A program made the translations under genes and the position numbers. Under the pieces are notes generated by a model that saw nothing but the letters and a program-made list of their open reading frames with translations, did no database searches and had not been told where the DNA came from. 64,000 bases of DNA from an uncultured Armatimonadia bacterium (GTDB lineage Bacteria > Armatimonadota > Zipacnadia > UBA1398): assembly GCA_964598695.1 (NCBI GenBank), contig CAZRDB010000002.1, positions 30,857 through 94,856 on the forward strand, written 5' to 3'. Positions within the stretch are counted from its first letter, which is position 1; the number at the start of each line of letters is the position of its first letter. Positions 16,627-26,659 of the stretch are shown in pieces.

Positions 16627-17748
16627 GTGGAGAGCGTACCTCCCGTGCGCGAGGCGCACTACGAGGAGATGCTCATCAACATGGGGCCCCAGCACCCGTC
16701 GACCCACGGGGTGCTGCGGGTGCTCCTGCGCCTCCGGGGCGAGGTCATCGAGGACGCGCAGTTCGTCATCGGCTACCTCCACCGCAACCACGAGCGGATC
16801 TCGGAGCAGAAGGGCTGGATCCGCGCCCTCCCGCTCACCGACCGCGTCGACTACCTCTCGCCGATCACCTGCGAGTGGGCGATGGCGCTCGCCGCTGAGA
16901 AGCTCGCCGGCGTGGAGGTGCCCGAGCGCGCCGAGTGGCTCCGCGTCCTCTCCGCCGAGCTGTACCGCATCGCGAGCCACCTCGTCTTCATCGGCACCTT
17001 CGGCAACGACATCGGCGCGACGACGCTGTTCCTCTACGGCTTCCGCGAGCGCGAGCGGATCATGGACATCTTCGAGCGGCTCACCGGCCAGCGGATGACC
17101 TGCCACTACATCCGCGTCGGCGGCGTCGGCTGGGATCTCCCGGCCGGGCTCGACCGCGAGATCCTCGAGACCCTGCGCGTGATCGAGGAGCGCCTGCCGG
17201 AGTACAACGACCTCTTCACCAACAACCGCATCTTCCGCGCCCGGAGCGAGGGCGTGGGCGTCCTCACCGCCGAGCAGGCGAAGGCGTTCGGCGTGAGCGG
17301 GCCGAACCTGCGTGCCTCGGGTATCGACTTCGACTTGCGGCGCGACGTGCCGTACGGGGTCTACCCCAAGCTCTCGTTCGAAGTCCCCACCCGCCCGAAC
17401 GGCGACACCTTCGACCGGTACGCGCTGCGCGTGCTGGAGATCCCCCAGTCGGCCCGGCTCGTGCGGCAGGCGCTCGAGGGACTGCCGGCCGGGGAGATCC
17501 GCGCGAAGCTCAAGGCTCGGTTCCAGACCCCGGCGGGGGTCGCCTACGGGGCCGTCGAGGGCGCGCGGGGTGAGATCGGCTACTTCGCGGTGGGCGACGG
17601 GACCGAGGCGCCCTACCGGCTCAAGATCCGCTCGCCCTCGTTCTCGAGCCTCGCCTCGATCGAGAAGACGTTCATCGGATGGAAGGTCGCCGACGCGATC
17701 GCCATCCTCGGTGGGATCGACATCGTGCTCGGAGACGTAGACCGCTAG
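16627..17748 (+). CDS. nuoD: NADH-quinone oxidoreductase subunit D (49 kDa)
   Basis: MLINMGPQHPSTHGVLRVLLRLRGEVIED...; GTG start at 16627, 1 nt after the nuoC stop. Confidence 0.9.
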   Translation: MESVPPVREAHYEEMLINMGPQHPSTHGVLRVLLRLRGEVIEDAQFVIGYLHRNHERISEQKGWIRALPLTDRVDYLSPITCEWAMALAAEKLAGVEVPERAEWLRVLSAELYRIASHLVFIGTFGNDIGATTLFLYGFRERERIMDIFERLTGQRMTCHYIRVGGVGWDLPAGLDREILETLRVIEERLPEYNDLFTNNRIFRARSEGVGVLTAEQAKAFGVSGPNLRASGIDFDLRRDVPYGVYPKLSFEVPTRPNGDTFDRYALRVLEIPQSARLVRQALEGLPAGEIRAKLKARFQTPAGVAYGAVEGARGEIGYFAVGDGTEAPYRLKIRSPSFSSLASIEKTFIGWKVADAIAILGGIDIVLGDVDR

Positions 17749-17749
17749 C

Positions 17750-18871
17750 GTGTGGGATGGAGTCGGCATGGAGTCCGGCCGCGGCTGGATCGAGAACGGG
17801 ATCCACAACCTGGTCGCCCCCCTCTGGGAGCGGGTGCCGATCCTGCCTCTCTTCGTGCCGGTGGTCTGTATCCTCGCCGTGGTCGCGGTCTCGGCGCTCA
17901 TCCTGATCTGGCTCGAGCGGAAGGTCTCGGCCGACATCCAGTCCCGCGTCGGCCCGATCCACCATGGCCCCTTCGGCCTCCTGCAGACCGTCTGCGACGC
18001 GCTCAAGCTCATCCAGAAAGAGGACACCGTCCCGAAAGCGGCCGACCGGATCGTCTTCTGCGTCGCGCCCTTCATCGCGTTCGTCCCGGCGGTGCTGCTG
18101 TACTGCGTGATCCCCTTCGGCAAGGGCTGGATCGCCGCCGACCTCAACGTCGGCCTCTTCTACCTGCTCGCCGCCGGCTCGGTCGGCGTGGTCGGCGTGA
18201 TCGTCGCCGGCTGGGCGAGCAACAACAAGTGGTCGTTGCTCGGCGGGATGCGCGCCGCCGCACAGCTCATCACCTACGAGATCCCGGGCTTCCTCGCCCT
18301 CGTCGCCATCGTGATGATCTCCGGCACGCTGTCGATGAACGAGATCGTCCGCGGTCAGACCCGGATCGAGTGGTCGAGCTGGCCGCCGACCGCCCCCTTC
18401 ATGGGCTGGTACTGCTTCACCGTGCCGGGCGCGATCGCCGCGATCCTCTACCTCGTCGCGGCGCTCGCCGAGGTCAACCGCCAGCCCTTCGACCTCCCCG
18501 AGGCCGAGTCGGAGCTGGTCTCGGGCTTCAACACCGAGTACTCCGGCTTCCGCTTCGCGATCTTCTTCCTCGGCGAGTTCAGCAACCTGCTGGTCGTCTC
18601 CGCTGTCGCGACCACCCTGTTCTTCGGCGGGTGGGCCTCACCGCTCGGCGACCAGTTCGCCGGCGCGTTCGGCCTGCTCGGCGATGGCGTCCAGTGGTTC
18701 TTCGTCAAGGTCACGGTCCTGATCTACGGCATGATGTGGATCAAGTGGACCCTCCCCCGCGTCCGCATCGACCAGATGCTGCAGATCGCCTGGAAGGGCA
18801 TGATCCCCCTCGCGCTGATCAACATCGCGATTGCCACCGCGTGGGTTGCCCTGGTGGGGGGGAGCGGATGA
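17750..18871 (+). CDS. nuoH: NADH-quinone oxidoreductase subunit H
   Basis: ...LIWLERKVSADIQSRVGPIHHGPFGLLQTVCDALKLIQKED... is typical NuoH/ND1. It follows nuoD directly, with no nuoEFG between. GTG at 17750, or ATG at 17768. Confidence 0.9.
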   Translation: MWDGVGMESGRGWIENGIHNLVAPLWERVPILPLFVPVVCILAVVAVSALILIWLERKVSADIQSRVGPIHHGPFGLLQTVCDALKLIQKEDTVPKAADRIVFCVAPFIAFVPAVLLYCVIPFGKGWIAADLNVGLFYLLAAGSVGVVGVIVAGWASNNKWSLLGGMRAAAQLITYEIPGFLALVAIVMISGTLSMNEIVRGQTRIEWSSWPPTAPFMGWYCFTVPGAIAAILYLVAALAEVNRQPFDLPEAESELVSGFNTEYSGFRFAIFFLGEFSNLLVVSAVATTLFFGGWASPLGDQFAGAFGLLGDGVQWFFVKVTVLIYGMMWIKWTLPRVRIDQMLQIAWKGMIPLALINIAIATAWVALVGGSG

Positions 18872-19428
18872 GCCACCGCCCCCCGATCGAGATCCCGCCC
18901 GGCCAGGCGCTCTCGCCCAACGGCATCGTCGCCTTCTTCCAGCTTGTCGGCGCCGGGCTGTGGACCGCCGCGAAGGGCCTGCGCGTGACGGCGTACAACG
19001 GCCTCCGCCGGCCCCGAATCACCGTGGCCTATCCCTTCAAGACGCTCGACGTCGCGCCCCGCTGGCGGGGCCGCCACCGGATCCTGCGCACCGACGACGG
19101 CGCGCCCGCCTGCATCGCCTGCGGCGCGTGTGAGCGGATCTGCCCCGACCGCTGCATCGCGATTACCCGCACGAAGGTCACGGTCACCCAGCCGGACGGG
19201 ACCGAGAAGCAGGTGAGCCGGCCGGAGTCGTTCGTGATCGACCTCGCGCGCTGCATGTACTGCAACCTGTGCGCCGAGGTCTGCCCGGTGGACTGCCTGC
19301 ACCTGACGGCCGATTACGCCTACTCGTGCGGCGATGTCCGGACCATGAAGGTCGATCTGGAGGGCCTCCTGCGCGCCGAGCCGCTCTCGGAACACGAGCT
19401 GCGCCGCGACGCGGAGCCGGAGGCGTGA
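18868..19428 (+). CDS. nuoI: NADH-quinone oxidoreductase subunit I (2x[4Fe-4S] ferredoxin)
   Basis: CIACGACERICP and CMYCNLCAEVCP motifs. ATG at 18868 overlaps the nuoH stop (ATGA). Confidence 0.9.
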   Translation: MSHRPPIEIPPGQALSPNGIVAFFQLVGAGLWTAAKGLRVTAYNGLRRPRITVAYPFKTLDVAPRWRGRHRILRTDDGAPACIACGACERICPDRCIAITRTKVTVTQPDGTEKQVSRPESFVIDLARCMYCNLCAEVCPVDCLHLTADYAYSCGDVRTMKVDLEGLLRAEPLSEHELRRDAEPEA

Positions 19429-19455
19429 GTCCTCGCACCTCGAGGGAGCTGTGAG

Positions 19456-20103
19456 TTGGAGTCGGTAGTCTTCTACAGCCTGGCGGCGACGATCCTCTGC
19501 CTCGCGCTGGTGGTCGTCACCACGACGCGCATCCTGCGCGGCGTCGTCGCGCTGTTCCTGGCGCTCGCCGGCGTCTCCGGCCTGTTCTTCCTCCTTCGCG
19601 CCCCGATCCTCGGCGCGATGCAGCTCATGGTCTACGCCGGCGGGATCGCCGTGCTGTTCGCCTTCGCCGTCATGCTCGTGCGGAGCGTCACCGGCGCCTT
19701 CGTGCGCCACTCGACCGGCTACGCGGCCCCGGGGGCGATGCTGGCGGCGGCCTTTGTGCTGCTGGTGGCCGTGATCTGGGCCGCGCAGATCGGCTGGGGC
19801 CTCGACGAGAGCGCCCAGGCGCCCTCGCCGCTCGCGACCGACCTCGCCGCGCGCGTCATCGACACCCCGACCCCGCCGGAGGTCGACCCGAAAGAGGGCT
19901 TCAGCCCGCTGCTGCTCCGGGAGTACCTGATCCCGTTCGAGCTGGCCTCGGTGCTGCTGCTCGTGGCCATGGTCGGCGCGGTTCTCATCGCCCACCCCCT
20001 CGGACGGAGCCACCCCGGCGAGAAGACCGACGCCGCGCGCGAGGGTACCGATGCGGTGGTCGCCGCCGAGACGGCCGGGGAGGGGGCGGGCCACGATGCC
20101 TGA
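19456..20103 (+). CDS. nuoJ: NADH-quinone oxidoreductase subunit J
   Basis: TTG start preceded by gagggag. Hydrophobic NuoJ/ND6-like sequence. Confidence 0.8.
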   Translation: MESVVFYSLAATILCLALVVVTTTRILRGVVALFLALAGVSGLFFLLRAPILGAMQLMVYAGGIAVLFAFAVMLVRSVTGAFVRHSTGYAAPGAMLAAAFVLLVAVIWAAQIGWGLDESAQAPSPLATDLAARVIDTPTPPEVDPKEGFSPLLLREYLIPFELASVLLLVAMVGAVLIAHPLGRSHPGEKTDAAREGTDAVVAAETAGEGAGHDA

Positions 20104-20428
20104 GCTGCTGTTCCCGCAGACGGTGCCGCTCGGCCACTACCTCGTCTTCTCGCTGCTGCTCTTCGCGATCGGCCTCTACGGCGTCGTCGCCCGACGCAAC
20201 GCGATCGCGATGCTGCTCTCGATCGAGCTGATGCTCAACGCGGTGGCCGTCAACTTCGCGGCCTTCTCGCGAAGCGGGATCGCCCAGGCAGGCGAGGGCC
20301 AGATCTTCGTGGTCTTCCTCGTGACGGTGGCCGTCGCCGAGGCGGCCGTCGGCCTGGCGATCATCGTGGCGCTGTTCCGGATCCGGCGGACCACCAACGC
20401 CGATGAGATCAACCTGCTGAGAGGCTAG
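20096..20428 (+). CDS. nuoK: NADH-quinone oxidoreductase subunit K
   Basis: [59 protein letters not shown] is typical NuoK/ND4L. ATG at 20096, with an 8-nt overlap with nuoJ. Confidence 0.85.
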   Translation: MPELLFPQTVPLGHYLVFSLLLFAIGLYGVVARRNAIAMLLSIELMLNAVAVNFAAFSRSGIAQAGEGQIFVVFLVTVAVAEAAVGLAIIVALFRIRRTTNADEINLLRG

Positions 20429-20430
20429 CG

Positions 20431-22566
20431 GTGACCGAGTTCCTCGCACAACATGCGTACATGATCGCGGTGCTGCCGGTCGTCGGCTTCGCCATCGTGA
20501 TCTTCTCCGGTCGCCGGACGCCGCTTCAGGGCGCGGCGATCCCGATCCTCTGCCTCGGGCTGTCGTTCCTGTGGTCCCTCGGCTGCCTCGGCTACCTCCT
20601 GGGCGGCGGAGAGCCGTTGCGCAGGAGCTTCGCGATCGCGCCGATGAGCGTACCGCTGGTCTTCTCGTTCACCGTCGACGCGCCCGCGGTCGCGATGCTC
20701 CTGATGGTCTCCTTCGTGGCGCTGCTGGTGACCATCTACTCGACCGGCTACATGCGCGGCGACGAGGACTACGGCCGCTTCTTCGCCTTCCTGAGCCTCT
20801 TCTCGGCCTCGATGCTCGGCCTCGTGCTGGCGAGCAACCTGATCTTCGTCTTCATGTCGTGGGAGCTGGTCGGCTTGATGAGCTACCTGCTCATCGGCTT
20901 CTGGTTCCACAAGCCCGAGGCGGCCCGCGCCTGCAAGAAGGCCTTCCTCACCACCCGGCTCGGCGACGTCGGCTTCACGGTCGCGCTCGTCGCGCTGTTC
21001 GTGCAGACCAGGACCCTCGACCTCAACGAGGTCTTCCGCATGGTCGCGGCCGACGCGATCCCGAAGCCGACCCTCTTCTTGATCAGCCTCGGCCTCTTCG
21101 CCGGCGCGGTCGGCAAGTCGGCCCAGTTCCCCCTGCACGTTTGGCTCCCCGACGCCATGGAGGGCCCGACTCCCGTCTCCGCGCTCATCCATGCCGCGAC
21201 AATGGTCGCCGCCGGCGTCTGGATGATCTTCCGCATGTCGCCGGTCATCCAGGCGACAGCCGGGACGGGGCTCTACGACGCAACCGTCTGGATCGCGGCG
21301 GTCGGAGGCTTCACCGCCCTCTTCGCCGCCACCATCGCCATCGCCCAGGACGACATCAAGCGCGTCCTCGCCTACTCCACGGTGAGCCAGCTCGGCTACA
21401 TGATGCTCGGACTCGGCGTGGGCGCGTACTTCGCCGGCTTCTTCCACCTGCTGACCCACGCGTTCTTCAAGGCTCTCCTCTTCCTCGGCTCCGGCTCCGT
21501 GATCATCGGCTGCCACCACGAGCAGGACATCAAGAAGATGGGCGGCCTCGCGCGGATCATGCCGATCACCTTCGCGACCTTCGCGCTCGGCACGCTCGCC
21601 CTGGCCGGTGTGGGGATCCCCGGCTGGTTTGGCTTCTCCGGCTTCCATAGCAAGGAGATGATCCTGGTCGAGACGTGGCTTCGGGCCAAGCCGCTGGCGA
21701 TCATGGGCCTCGCGGGCGCGTTCCTCACGCCCTTCTACATGACCCGCTGCGTCTGCCTGACCTTCCTCGGCGCCAAGCCGCGCGACCCCCACGTCGCCGA
21801 GCACGCCCATGAGACGCCGCCGAGCATGACCGTCCCGCTGATCCTGCTCGCCGTGCTCGCCGTGAGTGCCGGCTGGTGGGGACCGCAGTTCCGCGAGTGG
21901 CTCGGCCACGGCTACGGCTTCGACGGCGCCCTGACCTTCGCGACGGCCGAGGCCCATGCAGGCGGGCACCATGCCGCGCTCGAGGCCGAGCACCAGGCCG
22001 AGGTCACCGTCGGCTGGACCGCCTTCGCTTGCGTCGCGCTCGCGATCGCCCTCGGCTTCGCCCTGTGGGGGCGTGGCCCGGCGCTGGTCGACGGCTGGGT
22101 CGCGCGCTACGCGCCGCTGCGGTGGCTGCGCACGCTGCTCGCGCGGAAGTACTACATCGATGAGCTGTACCTGGGGATCGCGCGTTGCGCGATCCTCGGG
22201 ATGATCGTCTGCGCGTGGTTCGACCTCCACGTCATCGACCGCGTCTTCGTGCGCGGCTGGGCCTGGATGACGCTGCAGATCAAATCGGCGATGGGCTGGG
22301 TCGACCGGGTCATCGTCGACAAGATCCTCGTCCACGCGCTGCCGACCGCGATCTACGTCGGCGGCGCGCTGCTCCAGCTCGCGCAGACGGGCACGGTTCA
22401 GCTCTACATCCTGATCACCCTGGTGGGCGGCGTCGCGATGATCGGCGCCTCCCTCTTCGCGGAATCCGCGCTCCAGGTGTTCCTGATCGCGGGCGGCGCC
22501 ACGCTGCTGATGGGAGTCCTCGGCGGCTGTGTCGTCCGGGCGCGACGGAAGGCGGTGTCGCAGTGA
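20431..22566 (+). CDS. nuoL: NADH-quinone oxidoreductase subunit L
   Basis: 711-aa antiporter-like subunit. GTG start 3 nt after the nuoK stop. Confidence 0.9.
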   Translation: MTEFLAQHAYMIAVLPVVGFAIVIFSGRRTPLQGAAIPILCLGLSFLWSLGCLGYLLGGGEPLRRSFAIAPMSVPLVFSFTVDAPAVAMLLMVSFVALLVTIYSTGYMRGDEDYGRFFAFLSLFSASMLGLVLASNLIFVFMSWELVGLMSYLLIGFWFHKPEAARACKKAFLTTRLGDVGFTVALVALFVQTRTLDLNEVFRMVAADAIPKPTLFLISLGLFAGAVGKSAQFPLHVWLPDAMEGPTPVSALIHAATMVAAGVWMIFRMSPVIQATAGTGLYDATVWIAAVGGFTALFAATIAIAQDDIKRVLAYSTVSQLGYMMLGLGVGAYFAGFFHLLTHAFFKALLFLGSGSVIIGCHHEQDIKKMGGLARIMPITFATFALGTLALAGVGIPGWFGFSGFHSKEMILVETWLRAKPLAIMGLAGAFLTPFYMTRCVCLTFLGAKPRDPHVAEHAHETPPSMTVPLILLAVLAVSAGWWGPQFREWLGHGYGFDGALTFATAEAHAGGHHAALEAEHQAEVTVGWTAFACVALAIALGFALWGRGPALVDGWVARYAPLRWLRTLLARKYYIDELYLGIARCAILGMIVCAWFDLHVIDRVFVRGWAWMTLQIKSAMGWVDRVIVDKILVHALPTAIYVGGALLQLAQTGTVQLYILITLVGGVAMIGASLFAESALQVFLIAGGATLLMGVLGGCVVRARRKAVSQ

Positions 22567-22645
22567 GGGCGCAGCTTCGGCGCATGCGCCGGCAACGCGA
22601 GGGGATCCGGCGGGTCACCCCGGACCGGACGGGAGGGCGCGCCTG

Positions 22646-24184
22646 ATGGAGGGCTTCCCGATCCTCTCGGTGCTGACCTACCTCCCGCTGGTCGGGGGGC
22701 TCGTGATCCTGTTCATCCCGCGCGAGCGCCACGAGGCGATCAAGTCCGCGGCCGTCGCCACCTCGGCGATCTGCCTCGCGCTCAGCACGCTCGCCTGGTT
22801 CGTCTTCGACAAGACCGCGCCGGGAATGCAGTTCGAGGAGCGCGCCGAGTGGATCCCCATCCTCGGCGCCAGCTACCACATGGGCGCCGACGGCATCTCC
22901 ATGCCGATGATCTGGCTCACCGCGCTCGTGAGCTTCGTCGCCATCCTGTACTCGTGGATCATCCACGAGCGCGTGAAGGAGTACTTCGCCCTCTTCCTGC
23001 TCCTCCAGACCGCCATCAACGGCGTCTTCTGCGCGCTCGACTTCGTGCTGTTCTACATCTTCTGGGAGGTCAGCCTGGTGCCGATGTACTTCATCATCGG
23101 CGTCTGGGGCGGCCCGCGGCGCGAGTACGCCGCGATCAAGTTCTTCCTCTACACCCTGGTCGGCAGCCTGCTGATGCTGCTGGCGATCATCGTCGTCTAC
23201 TTCGCGAGCGGCGACCCCGGCAACCGCACCCTCGACATCATGGAGCTGATCCACCGGCAGCCGCTGACCAAGCTGCCGATGGGGGTGGGGCTGGCCGTCT
23301 TCTGGGGCTTCTTCATCGGCTTCGCGATCAAGGTGCCGTGCTTCCCCTTCCACACCTGGTTGCCCGACGCACACGTCGAGGCCCCGACGGCCGGCTCGGT
23401 CGTCCTGGCCGGACTGCTCCTCAAGATGGGCACCTACGGCCTGATCCGCGTGAGCCTGCCGCTCATGCCGCAGCAGTTCCTCCAGATGGACTACTGGATC
23501 GGGATCCTGGCGATCGTGAGCATCATCTACGGCTCGCTGGTCGCGATGGCCCAGTCCGATCTCAAGAAGCTCATCGCCTACTCGTCGATCGGCCACATGG
23601 GCTTCGTGACGCTCGGGATCGCCGCCATGAACCGCGACGGGATCAGCGGCGCCGTGCTCCAGATGTTCTCCCACGGCCTGATCACCTCGTGCCTGTTCCT
23701 TCTCGTCGGCGTGATCTACGAGCGGGCGCACATCCGCGAGATCAACGGCTTCGGGGGCCTCGGCAAGGTGATGCCCGCCTACTTCGGCGTCTTCGTCTTC
23801 GTCTCGATGGCCTCGCTGGGGCTGCCCTCGCTCTCCGGCTTCTGGGCGGAGTACTCGGTCCTCGTCGGCGCCTACGACTCCTCGAGCGCGGCCGCCAATC
23901 CGGCGATCCTCGCGCTGGGCTCGCCCTGGTTCGCCTGGTCGGCCATCATCGGAATCGTGCTCACCGCCGCCTACATGCTGTGGACCGTCCAGCGCGTCTT
24001 CATGGGCGTACGGAACGAGAAGTGGCTCTCGCTGCCCGATATCAACCCCCTCGAGCTGGCCTGCCTCGCGCCGCTGATGGCGCTCACGCTGCTCGTCGGG
24101 TGCTACCCGATGCCCCTGTGGGGCCCGATCGGGCAGTCGGCGCAGTTCCTGCAGGACCATATCGTGCGGATCGTCGGCGGCTAG
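22646..24184 (+). CDS. nuoM: NADH-quinone oxidoreductase subunit M
   Basis: MEGFPILSVLTYLPLVGGLVILFIPRE... with gggaggg 8 nt upstream. Confidence 0.9.
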   Translation: MEGFPILSVLTYLPLVGGLVILFIPRERHEAIKSAAVATSAICLALSTLAWFVFDKTAPGMQFEERAEWIPILGASYHMGADGISMPMIWLTALVSFVAILYSWIIHERVKEYFALFLLLQTAINGVFCALDFVLFYIFWEVSLVPMYFIIGVWGGPRREYAAIKFFLYTLVGSLLMLLAIIVVYFASGDPGNRTLDIMELIHRQPLTKLPMGVGLAVFWGFFIGFAIKVPCFPFHTWLPDAHVEAPTAGSVVLAGLLLKMGTYGLIRVSLPLMPQQFLQMDYWIGILAIVSIIYGSLVAMAQSDLKKLIAYSSIGHMGFVTLGIAAMNRDGISGAVLQMFSHGLITSCLFLLVGVIYERAHIREINGFGGLGKVMPAYFGVFVFVSMASLGLPSLSGFWAEYSVLVGAYDSSSAAANPAILALGSPWFAWSAIIGIVLTAAYMLWTVQRVFMGVRNEKWLSLPDINPLELACLAPLMALTLLVGCYPMPLWGPIGQSAQFLQDHIVRIVGG

Positions 24185-24205
24185 CCGGGAGAAGGGTCAA
24201 CGCGC

Positions 24206-25666
24206 GTGTTCTATCTGTTGCCCGAGATCTACCTCTGTGCGCTCGGATGCGCGGCCCTCATCGTGGCCTGCGTCCCGACCAAGCGGCGCATCGTCGGGCT
24301 GGCGATCTCCGGCGGGGTCGGCGCGCTGCTCGCCGCCGTGGCGACGGCCTTCCTCGCCGATGACGCCGCCAGCCTGCCCGCCTCCGAACTCACCGCCTCG
24401 CTGCCGATCTACCTCCGCACCACCTACGCGATCGACCCGTTCTCGCGCTACTTCGCCCTCCTCGCCGTGCTCGTCTGCGGGATCGCCTACCTCCTCAGCC
24501 TCGAGTACATCCGCGATCGGCTCGAGGACCACGAGCCCGAGTTCCTGAGCTTCCTCGCCTTCGCGAGCCTCGCGATGTGCTCGCTCGCGAGCGGTCGCGA
24601 CATCCTCACGGTCTGGTTCTCGATCGAGCTGCTCTCGGTCTCCGGCTACGTGATGGCCGCGTTCCTCCGCGCCGAGGAGCGCTCGATCGAGGCCGCGGTG
24701 AAGTACTTCCTCCTCGGCGCCGTCTCGAGCGCCCTGATGCTCTTCGGCCTCAGCTACCTCTACGGCATCACGGGACGGCTCGACCTCGCCGCGATCGGGC
24801 TCGCGCTGCAGGAGGGCACCGTCGGGCCGATCCTCCCGGCCGCGCTCCTGCTGATCCTCGTCGGCTTCGGCTTCAAGATCGCGATGGTCCCCTTCCACAT
24901 GTGGTGCCCGGACGTCTACGAGGGCGCGCCGACGCCGGTCACCGCGTTCCTCTCGGTCGGCCCCAAGCTCGCCGGCTTCGCGGCCCTCGCCCGCGTTCTC
25001 ACCGTCGCGTTCTCGGGCGTCGAGGCCCACCAGGCGTGGGTCGCGATCCTGAGCATCCTCGCCGTGGTCACCATGACCCTCGGCAATCTGGTCGCCCTGC
25101 GGCAACAGAACCTGAAGCGCCTGCTGGCCTACTCGAGCATCGCCCACGCCGGCTACCTGCTGGCCGCCATCGTCGTGCTCGGCCAGTCGGCGTTCGCCCT
25201 GCCGGGACTCGTCCTCTACGCCGCGGCCTACGTGTTCATGAACCTCGGCGCCTTCGCCGTCGTCCTCGGGGTCTCACACGGGACGGGCGACGACCGGCTG
25301 CAGGCGTACGAGGGTATGGCCGCCCGCTCCCCCTACCTGGCGGCCGCCTGGATCCTCTTCGCTCTCTCGCTGGTGGGGATCCCGCCGACCTCGGGCTTCT
25401 TCGGCAAGCTCTACGTGCTGGCCGCGACCGTCGACGCCAAGCTCTACTGGCTCGGTCTCGCGATCGTGCTCAACTCGATGGTCAGCTTGTACTACTACTT
25501 CGAGGTCGCCCGCCGCATGTACTTCCGCCCCGCGCGCAACCCGGCCCGCATCCCGGTCGGAGGCGGCGTTGGAACGGCCATCGGCATCGCGCTCGCGGGC
25601 ACCGTCGCGCTCGTGCTCTTCCTCGGCCCCATCGCCGACGCCCTCGGCGCCATCGCGGCGCTGTAG
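24206..25666 (+). CDS. nuoN: NADH-quinone oxidoreductase subunit N
   Basis: 486-aa antiporter-like subunit with GTG start. Last gene of the operon, convergent with the opp operon. Confidence 0.85.
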   Translation: MFYLLPEIYLCALGCAALIVACVPTKRRIVGLAISGGVGALLAAVATAFLADDAASLPASELTASLPIYLRTTYAIDPFSRYFALLAVLVCGIAYLLSLEYIRDRLEDHEPEFLSFLAFASLAMCSLASGRDILTVWFSIELLSVSGYVMAAFLRAEERSIEAAVKYFLLGAVSSALMLFGLSYLYGITGRLDLAAIGLALQEGTVGPILPAALLLILVGFGFKIAMVPFHMWCPDVYEGAPTPVTAFLSVGPKLAGFAALARVLTVAFSGVEAHQAWVAILSILAVVTMTLGNLVALRQQNLKRLLAYSSIAHAGYLLAAIVVLGQSAFALPGLVLYAAAYVFMNLGAFAVVLGVSHGTGDDRLQAYEGMAARSPYLAAAWILFALSLVGIPPTSGFFGKLYVLAATVDAKLYWLGLAIVLNSMVSLYYYFEVARRMYFRPARNPARIPVGGGVGTAIGIALAGTVALVLFLGPIADALGAIAAL

Positions 25667-25693
25667 GCCCGCGACCGCTGCCCCCGAAACCCC

Positions 25694-26659
25694 CTATACC
25701 TCGTGGCACGCCACCCAATGGTCGGGCCGCGCCTCGCGCCAGGCGGGTTCCTCGCGCCGGCAGCGGTCGGTCGCGAGCGTGCAGCGCGGCGCGAAGCGGC
25801 AGCCGGGCGGCGGGTTGATCGGGCTCGGGACGTCGCCCGGCAGGGGCAGCGGCTCGAGCGGGATCGTCGGATCCGGCTCCGGCGAGGCCGAGAGCAGCGC
25901 GCGCGTGTAGGGGTGGAGCGGCTCGTCGCAGACGCGGTCCTTCGGGGCCTCCTCGCACAGCTTGCCGAGGTACATCACGGCAATGCGATCACTGATGTGG
26001 CGGACGACGGCGAGGTCGTGCGCGACGAAGAGGTACGAGAGGCCGAACTCCCCCTGCAGGTCGCGCAGCAGCTCGATGATCTGCGCCTGGATCGAGACGT
26101 CGAGCGCGCTGACCGGCTCGTCGCAGATGATCAGCTCGGGCTGCACGGCGAGCGCTCGGGCGATCCCCACCCGTTGGCGCTGGCCGCCGCTGAACTCGTG
26201 CGGGTAGCGCGCGAGATCGTCGAGCGTCAGGCCCACCCGCTCGAGGTAACACCCGGCGGCCGCCATCGGTGAGAGACCGGACGCGAGCCGGTGGATGGCG
26301 ATGCCCTCGGCGACGATCGTGCCCGCCGTCATGCGCGGGTTGAGCGAGGAGTAGGGGTCCTGGAAGATGATCTGGACCCTGCGCCGGAAGTCGAGCAGCG
26401 CGCGGCCGCGCAGGCGCCGCGTGCCGTGGCCCCGGAAGAGCACCTCGCCCCGTGTCGGCTCGAGCAGCTTGACCCCCATACGGCCCAGCGTCGATTTGCC
26501 GCAGCCGCTCTCCCCCACCAGGCCGACGGTCTGGCCGCGCGGCACGACGAGCGAGACGTCATCGACCGCATGGACGTGGCCGACCGTGCGCTGGAAGACG
26601 CCGCCGGTGATCGGGAACCACTTGCGCACGCCCCGGAACTCGAGCAGGGGGGCGCTCAT
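25694..26659 (-). CDS. Oligopeptide/dipeptide ABC transporter ATP-binding protein (OppF/DppF-like)
   Basis: Walker A GESGCGKST and Opp-type C-terminal extension PGCRFAPRC...C. The start is MSAPLLEF (residue 51 of the track ORF), making a 4-nt ATGA overlap with the upstream ATPase. Confidence 0.85.
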   Translation of the reverse strand: MSAPLLEFRGVRKWFPITGGVFQRTVGHVHAVDDVSLVVPRGQTVGLVGESGCGKSTLGRMGVKLLEPTRGEVLFRGHGTRRLRGRALLDFRRRVQIIFQDPYSSLNPRMTAGTIVAEGIAIHRLASGLSPMAAAGCYLERVGLTLDDLARYPHEFSGGQRQRVGIARALAVQPELIICDEPVSALDVSIQAQIIELLRDLQGEFGLSYLFVAHDLAVVRHISDRIAVMYLGKLCEEAPKDRVCDEPLHPYTRALLSASPEPDPTIPLEPLPLPGDVPSPINPPPGCRFAPRCTLATDRCRREEPAWREARPDHWVACHEV

